From assembly GCA_040902005.1 (NCBI GenBank), contig JBBDYA010000100.1, positions 25,442-89,441 of the forward strand: a stretch of DNA of 64,000 nucleotides, in the 5' to 3' direction. Below the pieces are notes generated by a model that did no database searches, was not told where the DNA came from, and saw nothing but the letters and a program-made list of their open reading frames with translations. Both the position numbers and the translations under genes were made by a program. Shown here one piece after another: positions 51,781 to 61,131 of this stretch (position 1 is the first letter of the stretch; each line of letters begins with the position of its first letter). Source of the DNA: Gemmatimonadaceae bacterium (GTDB taxonomy: Bacteria; Gemmatimonadota; Gemmatimonadetes; Gemmatimonadales; Gemmatimonadaceae).

Positions 51781-52836
51781 ATGTCGCGCCTCGCCCGATT
51801 GATCGTCCTCTCGTCACTCGCCACCACGCCGCTCGCCGCGCAAACCGAGCAGCGCTCGGTTACGGGAGCGGACGTGGCCATCTACAACCTCGTCGGACGG
51901 GTGTCCGCCGTTGCGGGCACCGGGAACGCCGTGCAGGTGGAAATCACGCGCCGAGGCACAGACGCGGCGCGACTGCGGATCGAGACCGGGAAGCTCCGTG
52001 GCCGCGAGACGCTGCGCATCGTCTACCCGTCCGATCAGATCGTGTATTCCGAGATGCGCCAGCGACGCGTCAGCGGGATCGGCGTCCGCGACGACGGCAC
52101 GTTCAGCGATGGCGACTGGAGCGAGTTCGGGAACCGCGACCGCGTGGAGATCCGGAGTTCCGGCTCCGGTCTCGAAGCATATGCCGACCTCGTGGTGCGA
52201 GTTCCCCGGGGCCAGAAGATCGCCCTGTACCTCGCGGTCGGACGCGCCGAGGTCACCAACGTGGACGGTGACGTCACGGTGGACGTGGGCGCGGCGGACG
52301 TTGAGGTCTCCGGCACCAAAGGGGTTCTTACGCTCGACACCGGGTCGGGGCGCGTTGCCGTGCGCGAGGCCGCCGGCGAAATCGTGATCGACGCCGGCTC
52401 TGGCGGCGTCACCCTGGATCGCATTTCGGGAACCGTCCTCCGGATAGACTCGGGCTCCGGCGGTATCCAGGGCAGCGACATCGACGTCCGGGAGTTCGCC
52501 GCAGACGTGGGTTCCGGCGGGCTGCGCCTGGCTCGTATGAAGGCGCCGCTCGTTACCGTGGAGACCGGCAGCGGCGGGACAACGCTGGAGCTCCTCTCCG
52601 CCGTGGAGAGACTGCACGTCGAAACAGGCTCGGGAGGAGTCACCCTGCGCGTGCCCGCCACGCTTGGCGCCGAGGTGGACATCGAAACTGGCAGCGGCGG
52701 CTTTCAGACCGATTTCGAGATCACCACGCGTCGGATGGGACGCAACCACGTGCAGGGCCGCATCGGCGACGGCAGGGGCCGGGTGCAGATCGAGGCGGGC
52801 TCCGGAACGGTGCGCTTGCTGAAGAACCCGTCCTAG
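51781..52836 (+). CDS. DUF4097 beta-strand-repeat secreted protein
   Basis: Signal peptide; repeated (D/E)TGSG units; GGAG RBS. Confidence 0.85.
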   Translation: MSRLARLIVLSSLATTPLAAQTEQRSVTGADVAIYNLVGRVSAVAGTGNAVQVEITRRGTDAARLRIETGKLRGRETLRIVYPSDQIVYSEMRQRRVSGIGVRDDGTFSDGDWSEFGNRDRVEIRSSGSGLEAYADLVVRVPRGQKIALYLAVGRAEVTNVDGDVTVDVGAADVEVSGTKGVLTLDTGSGRVAVREAAGEIVIDAGSGGVTLDRISGTVLRIDSGSGGIQGSDIDVREFAADVGSGGLRLARMKAPLVTVETGSGGTTLELLSAVERLHVETGSGGVTLRVPATLGAEVDIETGSGGFQTDFEITTRRMGRNHVQGRIGDGRGRVQIEAGSGTVRLLKNPS

Positions 52837-53582
52837 CTCGCCGCCTGTTCCGGAATGCGACCGAAGCGACGCTCGCGCCCCTCGAACTCCTGAATCGCGC
52901 GATTCAGTTCGTTCTCGCCGAAATCCGGCCACATGGTCGGGGAAAACACCAACTCCGCGTACGCGCATTCCCAGAGCAGGAAATCGCTCAGGCGCTGTTC
53001 GCCGCCGGTGCGGATGAGCAGATCCACGTCCGGCACGGGCAGCGGATCGTGATCCACATCCGCGAGGAGCTGGGAAAAGCGCTCCCGCGTCAGGGGGCCG
53101 CTCACATCCCGGGCCCTCGCCGCAGCGCGCAGGATCGCGTCACGCGACGAGTAGTCGACGGCCACGCGCAGGTGCAGGTTCCGTCCCCCCGCCGTCATCG
53201 CCTCCGCCTGATGGATCGTCTGGCGGAGCGACGCTGGAAGCCGGTCGCGCCGGCCCACGATGGAAAGCCGCACGCCGTTGGCAAGACATCGTTCGGACTC
53301 CCCCAGCAGCGAGCGCCGGAATAGCCGCATCAGACCGAGCACCTCGGGCCGCGGGCGGCTCCAATTGTCGCTCGAAAACGCGTACAGCGTCAGCGTGCCG
53401 ACCTTCGCGCGGACGGCCGCTTCCACGATGTTCCGCGCGGTTCGCACGCCGGCCGTGTGTCCCGCGGTGCGCGGCAGGGCGCGCGCGGTAGCCCAGCGTC
53501 CGTTCCCGTCCATGATGATGGCCACGTGCAGGCGCGGGATCGACAGGGGCCCCGATCGGCGCGGGAGATCAATGGGTGTCAT
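52833..53582 (-). CDS. uppS: cis-prenyltransferase (undecaprenyl diphosphate synthase family)
   Basis: HVAIIMDGNGRWA, YAFSSDNW, LLIRTGGEQRLSDFLLW, RRFG. Confidence 0.95.
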   Translation of the reverse strand: MTPIDLPRRSGPLSIPRLHVAIIMDGNGRWATARALPRTAGHTAGVRTARNIVEAAVRAKVGTLTLYAFSSDNWSRPRPEVLGLMRLFRRSLLGESERCLANGVRLSIVGRRDRLPASLRQTIHQAEAMTAGGRNLHLRVAVDYSSRDAILRAAARARDVSGPLTRERFSQLLADVDHDPLPVPDVDLLIRTGGEQRLSDFLLWECAYAELVFSPTMWPDFGENELNRAIQEFEGRERRFGRIPEQAAS

Positions 53583-53589
53583 GTGGTGA

Positions 53590-53979
53590 TCAGCGGTCGC
53601 GCGTGGCGCGAATCAGCGCTTCCATGTGGTCCAGGTATCGCTCGAGAGCACGACGTCCTGATGGCGTCAGCGCATAGCTGGTCCTCGGCACGCGCCCTTC
53701 GAAGCTCTTGTTGCAGGTGACGTAATGCGCTTCTTCCAGCTTGCGCGCATGCACGCTCAGATTGCCGTCCGTGGTGTTCATGAGACGCTTCAGATCATTG
53801 AAGCTCAGGGAATCGTTCACCGCGAGCGCGCTGACGATGCCCAGGCGCAGACGCTCGTGAATCAGGCGATCGAGGCCCAGCGGGCTCTCGTCGCCGGCCT
53901 TGCCCTTGACCGTGCGCAACCCCCGCGGCGTCTTGTCACCACGGGCGCGCTCGCTGGAAGCCGCATTGTGCTTAGCCAC
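53590..53979 (-). CDS. Winged-helix transcriptional regulator (ArsR/MarR-like)
   Basis: DRLIHERLRLGI, TTDGNLSVHARKLEE, PRTSYALT. Confidence 0.92.
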   Translation of the reverse strand: MAKHNAASSERARGDKTPRGLRTVKGKAGDESPLGLDRLIHERLRLGIVSALAVNDSLSFNDLKRLMNTTDGNLSVHARKLEEAHYVTCNKSFEGRVPRTSYALTPSGRRALERYLDHMEALIRATRDR

Positions 53980-54586
53980 CGTGCCTCCGTGCGATGAGAT
54001 AGCCGAACACGATGTGCAGCCCGCCGAAACCGGCCATCATGAGTCCCGTGCTCCAGGTTGCCGGGAGGAACAGCGCGGCGCATCCGACGAAGATGAAGGC
54101 CGCGCCCATCACCGGCACGATGCGGACGGAGAACGCCCCGGCCGCGACCACGCCCGTGCCGTAGAGCAGCATCCACAACCCGGGGAGCAGCGGCGTCATC
54201 CCCCGCTCCATGAATGCCACCGTCACCACCATGCCCACGACGAAGACCGGGGTGAAACTGAACAGCATCTTGCGCGCGGAGCCACTGAGCAGCGGCAGGC
54301 TCGCCGAGCGCGCCTTGTCGTACATGAACCACACCGCCACGAGCCCGGCGAGAATGGCTTCCGCCGCCCACACCAGCACCCACGCCGCAGGATCGGGCTG
54401 TCGCGCCGCGATCAGTGCCGCGAACACCGCGGTCACGCCAATCACGACCTGGCCCCAGCCGGAAACGGCCGTAAAGGTGCCAGCCGCCTCCATCGTCTCA
54501 CGGATGAAGCGCAGGTTGTCCATCGCCCGCGCCTGCATCTCCGGGGGGTTGCTCGGTCGGCGCCGAATCGGAAGCACGTCAGCCAT
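53972..54586 (-). CDS. Multi-pass membrane hypothetical protein
   Basis: AMDNLRFIRETME followed by about 6 TM segments, GFGGLHI; start uncertain. Confidence 0.8.
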   Translation of the reverse strand: MADVLPIRRRPSNPPEMQARAMDNLRFIRETMEAAGTFTAVSGWGQVVIGVTAVFAALIAARQPDPAAWVLVWAAEAILAGLVAVWFMYDKARSASLPLLSGSARKMLFSFTPVFVVGMVVTVAFMERGMTPLLPGLWMLLYGTGVVAAGAFSVRIVPVMGAAFIFVGCAALFLPATWSTGLMMAGFGGLHIVFGYLIARRHGG

Positions 54587-54591
54587 GCCCC

Positions 54592-54638
54592 ATTGTATCA
54601 CGAAGCCCGACTATCGGCAAGTACTTTACACTGCAAAG
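54592..54638 (-). promoter_or_regulatory. sigma70 promoter with adjacent palindromic operator
   Basis: Minus strand TTGCCG-N17-TACAAT with extended TG; palindrome CTTTACA-C-TGCAAAG at 54624-54638 next to the -35. Confidence 0.75.
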
Positions 54639-54644
54639 CCGAAA

Positions 54645-55226
54645 TCAGGGGTGCCCGTCGCCCACGGAGCGTTCCGCATCCACCGGACCGGCCGTGGATG
54701 GGCTGACCGACGGGGGGTCGCTGGCCGGAAAGCTCATGTCGGACATCTCGTCCACGTCGTGCTCCTCCATTCGCCGACCGAACGCTTCCACCACCCGTTC
54801 CGCAAACGTACCCACGGCACTGCCAGCCGAGGCCGTTATCAGCGCGTCGTCCACATGGATCGGATCGCTGACACAGGTGGCACCGGCCGCCTCGACGACG
54901 CCGCGAAACTCACCCTGGGCAGCGATCTTCCTGCCCGCGAGGCCCCCCGCCTGGAGCAGGACGGACACGGCGTTTCCGTGGACCGCGATCGGCTTGTCCA
55001 CCACGAGGAACTCCCGCACGAGCTGCCGAAGCCGGGGGTCGCCTCCGCCACCGTCGCCAACGACCACCAGCGCGGCGTACATCCCGCCGTGCCAGCGCTC
55101 GCCGGCGTCGGCGCTGCGCAGGGGTTGCACGATGGCCCCGGCGCGCTCGAGCGTGGCCGCCACCGTTCGCTCCTCCGACTCGGGCCCGAACACCGCGATC
55201 CGACGCCCCTCGAGCGGACGGCGCAT
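54645..55226 (-). CDS. Degenerate DJ-1/PfpI-family protein with SFPASDPP tail
   Basis: LEGRRIAV, KPIAV, AGGLAGR, HVDDALIT; no cysteine at the nucleophile elbow. Confidence 0.75.
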   Translation of the reverse strand: MRRPLEGRRIAVFGPESEERTVAATLERAGAIVQPLRSADAGERWHGGMYAALVVVGDGGGGDPRLRQLVREFLVVDKPIAVHGNAVSVLLQAGGLAGRKIAAQGEFRGVVEAAGATCVSDPIHVDDALITASAGSAVGTFAERVVEAFGRRMEEHDVDEMSDMSFPASDPPSVSPSTAGPVDAERSVGDGHP

Positions 55227-55227
55227 G

Positions 55228-55425
55228 CTACTCCTCCTCCGCTTCACGCTTCCGCTTGAGGTCCGCGAGCTCCGGATTGTCCTCCCGTTTCGGCTTCCCG
55301 AGCTTCCCGCGCGTCTCGTGCAGGGAGTGCTTGTCCTCTTCGTGGATGTGTTCGTCTTCCGGCCGGCTCTTGCGATCCGTGGACAACAGATCTTTGTGCA
55401 CCTGATCCACCCGCTTGCTGCCCAT
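55228..55425 (-). CDS. Small highly charged hypothetical protein (65 aa)
   Basis: Hydrophilic ORF whose 3' end (GAGGAGGAG) supplies the RBS for the next gene. Confidence 0.6.
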   Translation of the reverse strand: MGSKRVDQVHKDLLSTDRKSRPEDEHIHEEDKHSLHETRGKLGKPKREDNPELADLKRKREAEEE

Positions 55426-55481
55426 GACGATTCTCGCGATGAAGGTGAGGCGAGAAACGTCAGGAATCGTGCCGCCCGGGG

Positions 55482-56639
55482 TTACCGAGCAGGCACGCCA
55501 TGCCGGCGGAGAATTTCCCGCACCCGATCCATCGGGAGCGCCTCTACGGTCCGACCGTTTGCTCGCACGGTCGTGGCGCGGAAGAGCGAGTTGTAGATGG
55601 CCTCCTCCGTGGCCTCGACCACGGCGGCGAACAGCGCGCTGGTCTGGTCGTTTCCCAGCTCCGCCGCCGATCGACGCTCCGCGTCCGCCGCCCGGCGAAC
55701 CTCCGCATTGGTGGAGAACGCAATGGCGTAGTCACCAGATCCGTTCGATGCAAACGAGCCCGTGCGCGCCAGGCCCATGATCGAGCGTGCCGCCAGTCGC
55801 TCGAGATTCCGATCCGACAGCGGCGCGTCTGTGGCGATGACGATCATGATCGAGCCGTCGCCCCGGTCCTCGACGTCGTTCCGGAACGAATAACGGCCCA
55901 GCTCCCTGCCCACAGGCGCGCCCAGGATCTGGAGGACACCGCCAAAATTGGACTGCACCAGCACCCCCACCGTCCAGCCGCCCAGCGTCGATGGGAGTGT
56001 CCGCGACGACGTTCCCATGCCGCCCTTCCATCCGAACGCGACGGTTCCCGTCCCTGCTCCCACACTTCCTTCGTCGACCTGTGCGCCAGCCTCGGCCAAC
56101 GCACGCCGCACGTGCTCCGCGCGTACCGGACGGGATCGAATGGCGTTCAGCGCCCCATCGTTCGTTTCGCCCACAACCGGGTTGATCGAGCGCACCTGGT
56201 CCATACCCGGCGCGGCAAGCAGCACGTCAACCAATGCGTTCGCCGCATTCCAGACGCACAGCGTGCAGGTGAGCAGGATCGGTGTCTCCAGCTCGCCCAG
56301 TTCCCGGAGCTGGGTGACGCCCAGGAGCTTGCCGAACCCGTTGCCCACGTGAAGCGCCGCCGGCACACGATCGCGATAGAGGTTTCCGCCGTGAGGCAGC
56401 ACCGCGGTCACTCCGGTCCGCACCGAGTCACCCTCCACCACCGACACCTGCCCCACCAGGACGCCGGCGACGTCCGTGATGGCGTTCCGGCTTCCCGGGG
56501 AAAAAATTCCCGGGGCCACACCGATGTCGCGCGCGCGCGGGCGATCACCGGACTGCGCCGCGAGCCACGCCGGCAACGCGGCCAGCAGTCCGATCGACGT
56601 GATGCCGCGCGCGAGGTTCCGAGAGGAGGGGGGGCGCAT
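55482..56639 (-). CDS. P1/S58 family aminopeptidase (DmpA-like), secreted
   Basis: NAITDVAGV, NGFGK, PVVGETND, GAGTG, GSIMIVIATDAP, GSGD. Confidence 0.93.
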   Translation of the reverse strand: MRPPSSRNLARGITSIGLLAALPAWLAAQSGDRPRARDIGVAPGIFSPGSRNAITDVAGVLVGQVSVVEGDSVRTGVTAVLPHGGNLYRDRVPAALHVGNGFGKLLGVTQLRELGELETPILLTCTLCVWNAANALVDVLLAAPGMDQVRSINPVVGETNDGALNAIRSRPVRAEHVRRALAEAGAQVDEGSVGAGTGTVAFGWKGGMGTSSRTLPSTLGGWTVGVLVQSNFGGVLQILGAPVGRELGRYSFRNDVEDRGDGSIMIVIATDAPLSDRNLERLAARSIMGLARTGSFASNGSGDYAIAFSTNAEVRRAADAERRSAAELGNDQTSALFAAVVEATEEAIYNSLFRATTVRANGRTVEALPMDRVREILRRHGVPAR

Positions 56640-56707
56640 GCGCGTTCTCCGAGAGGAAAGTTTGGCGAAGGAATAACGACACCGTCGAGGAACGCCTATT
56701 GTTCGAG

Positions 56708-57784
56708 ATGCCGATCGTTCCCCTGTATGGACATGGCGACCTGCGTGCCCGGCTGCGGGACATGACGGTGCGCGGCGCGCTGCCCTCCACGCTGCTGCTT
56801 CAGGGACCGCCCGGCGTGGGCAAGCAGCGGCTGGCCCTCTGGCTTGCCCAGTGCCTCTTGTGCGAGGCATTGACATCGGAGCCCTGCGGCGACTGCCGCC
56901 ACTGCAGGTTTGCCGCTGACCTGCGTCACCCGGACCTGCACTGGGTCTTTCCCAGGCCCAGGCCGAAGGACAGTGATCCCGACCTCGAGGACGTCCGCAG
57001 CGACCTTCTCGAGGCGGTCGCCGAGCGCGCCGGGGACAAGGGGTTGTATGCGCCGCCGTCCGGCAGCGACGGCATCTTCGTGGCAACCATCAGGTCTGTC
57101 GTCCAGCAGGCCGTGCTGTCGCCGTCGATCGCCGCCAGAAAGGTGTTCGTCATCGGTGACGCGGACCGTATGGTCTCGCAGGAGGGCTCCGACCAGGCCG
57201 CGAACGCGTTCCTCAAGCTCCTGGAAGAACCGCTCGCGGACACCACCATCATCCTGACCTCCAGCGAGTCGGGAGCCCTGCTGCCCACCGTGCGCTCGCG
57301 CGCAATCAGCTTCCGGGTGGCTCCGCTTGGGCAGGACGACATGCGCCAATTCCTCGCGGATGCGAACGTGGCTTCGGCGCTCGAGGATGCCTCGAATCTC
57401 CCCGAAACTGTGGCGGAGCGCCTGGTGTACGCAGCGGGTGCGCCGGGGCGGTTGCTCGCCGGTGAGAGCTGGCGAACCGCCATGGAAAATGCCGGCCGGA
57501 TCATGGACGCAGTGAGCGGGCGCGCGCCAGCACGCTATGAAGCCGCATGGTCGCAAGCGCCGGTCCGGGCCCGCGGCAGCTTTGCTGACACGCTGGATGC
57601 GCTCACCGTCAGCCTTCACCAGCGCGCGGTGGCCGCCGTGCGGGCGGGGAAGGACCGTGAGGCGCTCGCCGCCGGCCGAGCGGTGGAACTCGTGGAAGGT
57701 GCCAAGGAGCAGGTGGCCCACAATGTCAGCCCGCAGCTGCTGACCGTGAACCTCGTCCGAAGCCTGCAGGAGCTCTTCTCATGA
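56708..57784 (+). CDS. holB: DNA polymerase III delta-prime subunit
   Basis: GPPGVGK, CGDCRHC, HPD, AANAFLKLLEEP, LPTVRSR. Confidence 0.9.
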   Translation: MPIVPLYGHGDLRARLRDMTVRGALPSTLLLQGPPGVGKQRLALWLAQCLLCEALTSEPCGDCRHCRFAADLRHPDLHWVFPRPRPKDSDPDLEDVRSDLLEAVAERAGDKGLYAPPSGSDGIFVATIRSVVQQAVLSPSIAARKVFVIGDADRMVSQEGSDQAANAFLKLLEEPLADTTIILTSSESGALLPTVRSRAISFRVAPLGQDDMRQFLADANVASALEDASNLPETVAERLVYAAGAPGRLLAGESWRTAMENAGRIMDAVSGRAPARYEAAWSQAPVRARGSFADTLDALTVSLHQRAVAAVRAGKDREALAAGRAVELVEGAKEQVAHNVSPQLLTVNLVRSLQELFS

Positions 57785-58260
57785 CCAGGAAGCTCAGTCA
57801 CGTCGGCGCCGACGGCGCTGCCCGCATGGTGGATGTCTCGGCCAAGGCGGAAACCGTCCGCACCGCGCAGGCCGAGGGATCCATCCGCATGACAATGGTT
57901 GCGTTTGAGGCAATCCGGTCCCACCAGATCGCCAAGGGCGACGTACTATCTGTGGCGAGGGTCGCGGGGGTGATGGCAGCCAAGCGCACGGCGGACCTGA
58001 TCCCGCTGTGTCACCCCCTTCTGCTCGACGATGTTCAGATCGACCTCTCGCTGGACGACACGTTGCCAGGAATCCGGGCGATGTCACAAGTCCGGTGCTC
58101 CGGCCGTACGGGGGTAGAGATGGAGGCCATCGTCGGTGTCACCGTTGCGCTCGTAACGGTGTATGACATGGCGAAAAGCGTGGATCGCGGGATGACCATT
58201 GGCGATATATCGTTAGTCGCGAAGACTGGCGGAAGAAGCGACCGGAACATTCCCGGTTGA
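57781..58260 (+). CDS. moaC: Cyclic pyranopterin monophosphate synthase
   Basis: MVDVSAK, KGDVL, LIPLCH, TGVEMEA, YDMAK. Confidence 0.97.
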   Translation: MTRKLSHVGADGAARMVDVSAKAETVRTAQAEGSIRMTMVAFEAIRSHQIAKGDVLSVARVAGVMAAKRTADLIPLCHPLLLDDVQIDLSLDDTLPGIRAMSQVRCSGRTGVEMEAIVGVTVALVTVYDMAKSVDRGMTIGDISLVAKTGGRSDRNIPG

Positions 58261-58275
58261 TGGCACGCGCGTTGC
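58261..58275 (+). promoter_or_regulatory. sigma54 promoter
   Basis: TGGCACG-CGCG-TTGC, exact -24/-12 consensus, upstream of the lytic transglycosylase gene. Confidence 0.75.
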
Positions 58276-58338
58276 CCCTTATAGTCCTAGGATCAGGAAC
58301 CGGTACATTGTACTCAACCTGTTAATCCACAACAACTT

Positions 58339-59052
58339 ATGAGAAACCCGCGCAGCACGTACGTGCACCGTGGTGATACCATTCGGAGGCGTGGCAGGAT
58401 CAGAAATCTGCTCGCCCTCGTCGGAATCGCTGGCGCTGCTCTTCTCGTGATTGCAAACCGGAACCCCGTGCCGGCGACGGCCGAGGCAGCGTCGATTTCC
58501 GGTGGGGCGAGTTCTTTCTCCTTCGGGCTCGTCGGTGAAAACCGGCGGCTGCGGCAGGAGTTGGAAAACGCCGTTGGGGAGGCCGCCCTGCTCCGCGCCC
58601 TGGTGGATCGGGCGAACACGGTAATCGAGTACTCCAACCGTTACGACATCACCGCAAAGCTGGCAGGGGTCATCTTTGATGTCGCGCTGGCCGAGCGTCT
58701 GGATCCGGAACTCGCCTTTCGCATGGTGAAGCTGGAGTCGAACTTCAATCCGCGCGCAGTCAGCCGCGTCGGTGCGCTGGGCCTCGTTCAGGTCATGCCC
58801 GCGACGGCGCGCTTCTTCGACCGGGCCATCACGAGGGAAGCGCTGTTCGATCCGCGCACCAACCTGACCATCGGCTTCAAGTACATGCGCCGCCTGATCA
58901 ACGTCTATGATGGCGATGTTCGCATGGCCCTGCTCGCGTACAATCTGGGTGAGGAGCGCGTCGATCAGGCGCGGCGAGCGGGGAGAAATCCGATGGACGG
59001 CTACAATCGGATTCTGATCAAGGCGTACAACGGACCCGGCGTTTCCGACTAA
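58339..59052 (+). CDS. SLT-domain lytic transglycosylase
   Basis: ESNFNPRAVS, GALGLVQVMP, ALLAYN; N-terminal TM segment. Confidence 0.92.
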   Translation: MRNPRSTYVHRGDTIRRRGRIRNLLALVGIAGAALLVIANRNPVPATAEAASISGGASSFSFGLVGENRRLRQELENAVGEAALLRALVDRANTVIEYSNRYDITAKLAGVIFDVALAERLDPELAFRMVKLESNFNPRAVSRVGALGLVQVMPATARFFDRAITREALFDPRTNLTIGFKYMRRLINVYDGDVRMALLAYNLGEERVDQARRAGRNPMDGYNRILIKAYNGPGVSD

Positions 59053-60512
59053 CGGGCTGCGCTGATCCGAAGTTGCTGCCCCGGGAAGATCATCGCCTTC
59101 TTCATCCGGTTCAGGCGCATGATCGCCGCCGGTGTGGTTCCGTAGCGCTTGGCGATGACGCTGAGGTTCTCGCCGCTGCGCACCACATGTGTGCGTGATC
59201 CGGATCCGTAGATCTCGATCGCCGGATCCGGAACCGAGCGCGCGGCGTCGACCACAGCGGCCGCGGGAACAAGGACGGTGGTGCCGGCCGCGATGCGGCC
59301 CGAGTTCCGATTGGCCTTCACCCTGGGATTGAACACGGCCATCGAGCGCGCCGAAATGTTGTGCTTCCTCCCAAGGGTCGCCCACGTCGCGCCGTTCCCT
59401 GCCTTGACTGTGCGGGCGCCTGTCCGCTCTTCGGCCGGCAGGGTGGCGTACACGGAATCGAAGCTCGATTGCGTTCCCACCGGCACGCGCACCCATGCAG
59501 AGTCGCGTCCGGGGGCTGTCATCCCGCGCAGGATGTGCGGATTGAGATCCTTGATGGTATCGACCGTGGTGCCGCTCGCCACGGCGATCGCCGCCAGCGG
59601 CGCCAGCGCGCCCACACGGACGGAGTCGTACTCGAATACCGGCAGTGACGTCACGGTCAGCCCGTACCGCTCGGCTTCCTTTGCCACGAGCGCCGCGGCA
59701 ATCAGCTGGGGCACGTAGTTACTGGTTTCCGCGCGCAGATACTTCTTGTCGGCCAGCGCGAAAAAGAGGTCGTCGCCGGTGGTGCCCTCCAGGTCCGCCT
59801 CGAACCGGGTCAGGCCACGGGCGATCCTGCCCGGGCCTCCGTTGTACGCGGCGGCGGCCAGGTACATCGAGCCAAACTGTTCGTTCAATCCGCTGAGGAA
59901 CCGGACGGCGGCGTCCGTGGATCGCACGGGATCGCGCCGCTCATCGATCCACCAGTCGATCCGCAGTCCCACACCCTTCCCCGTGGCGGTCATGAATTGC
60001 CACATGCCGACGGCCGCCGCGCGCGAATAAGCGTGGGGATTGAACCCGCTCTCCACGAGCGCCAGGTAGTACATGTCCTCGGGGAGTCCGCCCGCACGCA
60101 GCTTGGAGCGGATCATCGCCTCGTACCGGGTTCCCTCACTCAGACGCTCACCGATCCGCTCCCGGGCCGGGCCGCTGAAGGCCGACACATAGTGGCGCAC
60201 GCGATCGAACGTCACATAGGAGTGCACGTCGATGTCCCACGAGGGCGACGCATCACCCCCGCCCAGGAGCGCCGAGTCCTCGGACAATCGCATCGGCCCG
60301 GGCCCGGTTGCGTCGCCGAACAATTCGGACGTGCGGCGGTCGAGATCCGTGACCGACATCGTCACGTTGGACGCGTCATCGGCCACGCCGGCCTGCGTCA
60401 CACCCGGAAGCACGGGCACGGCGGCGACGCCGGGGTTCGGGGCGCGGGCGCAGCCCAGCGCGAGCATGACGAGCGCCGGCGCGATTGCCCGGCGGACAGA
60501 CAGCGGATGCAT
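59049..60512 (-). CDS. MltD-like lytic transglycosylase with LysM domains (lipoprotein)
   Basis: Lipobox ALGC; ESGF, GMWQFM, AAYNGG, ETSNYVP; LysM HVVRSGENL. Confidence 0.92.
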   Translation of the reverse strand: MHPLSVRRAIAPALVMLALGCARAPNPGVAAVPVLPGVTQAGVADDASNVTMSVTDLDRRTSELFGDATGPGPMRLSEDSALLGGGDASPSWDIDVHSYVTFDRVRHYVSAFSGPARERIGERLSEGTRYEAMIRSKLRAGGLPEDMYYLALVESGFNPHAYSRAAAVGMWQFMTATGKGVGLRIDWWIDERRDPVRSTDAAVRFLSGLNEQFGSMYLAAAAYNGGPGRIARGLTRFEADLEGTTGDDLFFALADKKYLRAETSNYVPQLIAAALVAKEAERYGLTVTSLPVFEYDSVRVGALAPLAAIAVASGTTVDTIKDLNPHILRGMTAPGRDSAWVRVPVGTQSSFDSVYATLPAEERTGARTVKAGNGATWATLGRKHNISARSMAVFNPRVKANRNSGRIAAGTTVLVPAAAVVDAARSVPDPAIEIYGSGSRTHVVRSGENLSVIAKRYGTTPAAIMRLNRMKKAMIFPGQQLRISAAR

Positions 60513-60541
60513 GGTGTTGGACAGAAGCAGGACGGCAGGAA

Positions 60542-60994
60542 TCAGCGTGTCGTCAGATAGTTCCCCAGCACGCGATTGGTGGCGTTCAGGACGGCAAGGG
60601 CGGCGCCGCGGACGGAGTCGCGATCCGCAAGATAACAGCCGACGAGGCGCGTGCCGCCGGCGGAGCGCTGCGTGCACGACACGATGATCACGTTCGAGTC
60701 GAACGCGCGCACCAGCTTGACCCCCATCAGTTCGAGCCCAAGCCCCCCTTGGGCGAACGCTTCAACGGCCTGGAGCGCCGCCTCGGCGCCCAGCCTGAGG
60801 TCGCCGATGGGACTGGACTGCCCCTCCTGCCGGCCGACGTATCGCTTGCCGTCATACTCGAGCTCCACCTGGACCGCACAGCGGCCGGCGGGCGAACGCG
60901 TAAAGGTGAACGAACCAAAACTCAGACGCTCACGCCGAAAATTGGCATTGGCGTCAGGATAGGGTGCTCCGTCCGGTTCCACGGCGTTCGACAT
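60542..60994 (-). CDS. Hypothetical protein, LeuA regulatory-domain-like
   Basis: GAGG RBS; VELEYDGK..., C-terminal D..RGAALAVLNATNR. Confidence 0.7.
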   Translation of the reverse strand: MSNAVEPDGAPYPDANANFRRERLSFGSFTFTRSPAGRCAVQVELEYDGKRYVGRQEGQSSPIGDLRLGAEAALQAVEAFAQGGLGLELMGVKLVRAFDSNVIIVSCTQRSAGGTRLVGCYLADRDSVRGAALAVLNATNRVLGNYLTTR

Positions 60995-61131
60995 GGTGTT
61001 CCTCGATCGGCGTTCGCGGAGCCCCGTTGCCCCTCCCAGTTATACGACTTGCGCGCGTTTCCGGCAACGCATTCGTTCCCATCCATAAGGTACAGGCCCG
61101 CGCCAATGCGGAACGTGTCCGGGATCACACC

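Noticed and set aside
52330..52810. Periodic GGCTCCGGC/GGCAGCGGC repeats
   Set aside because: They are protein-level TGSG repeats of DUF4097, not CRISPR; there are no identical repeats with spacers
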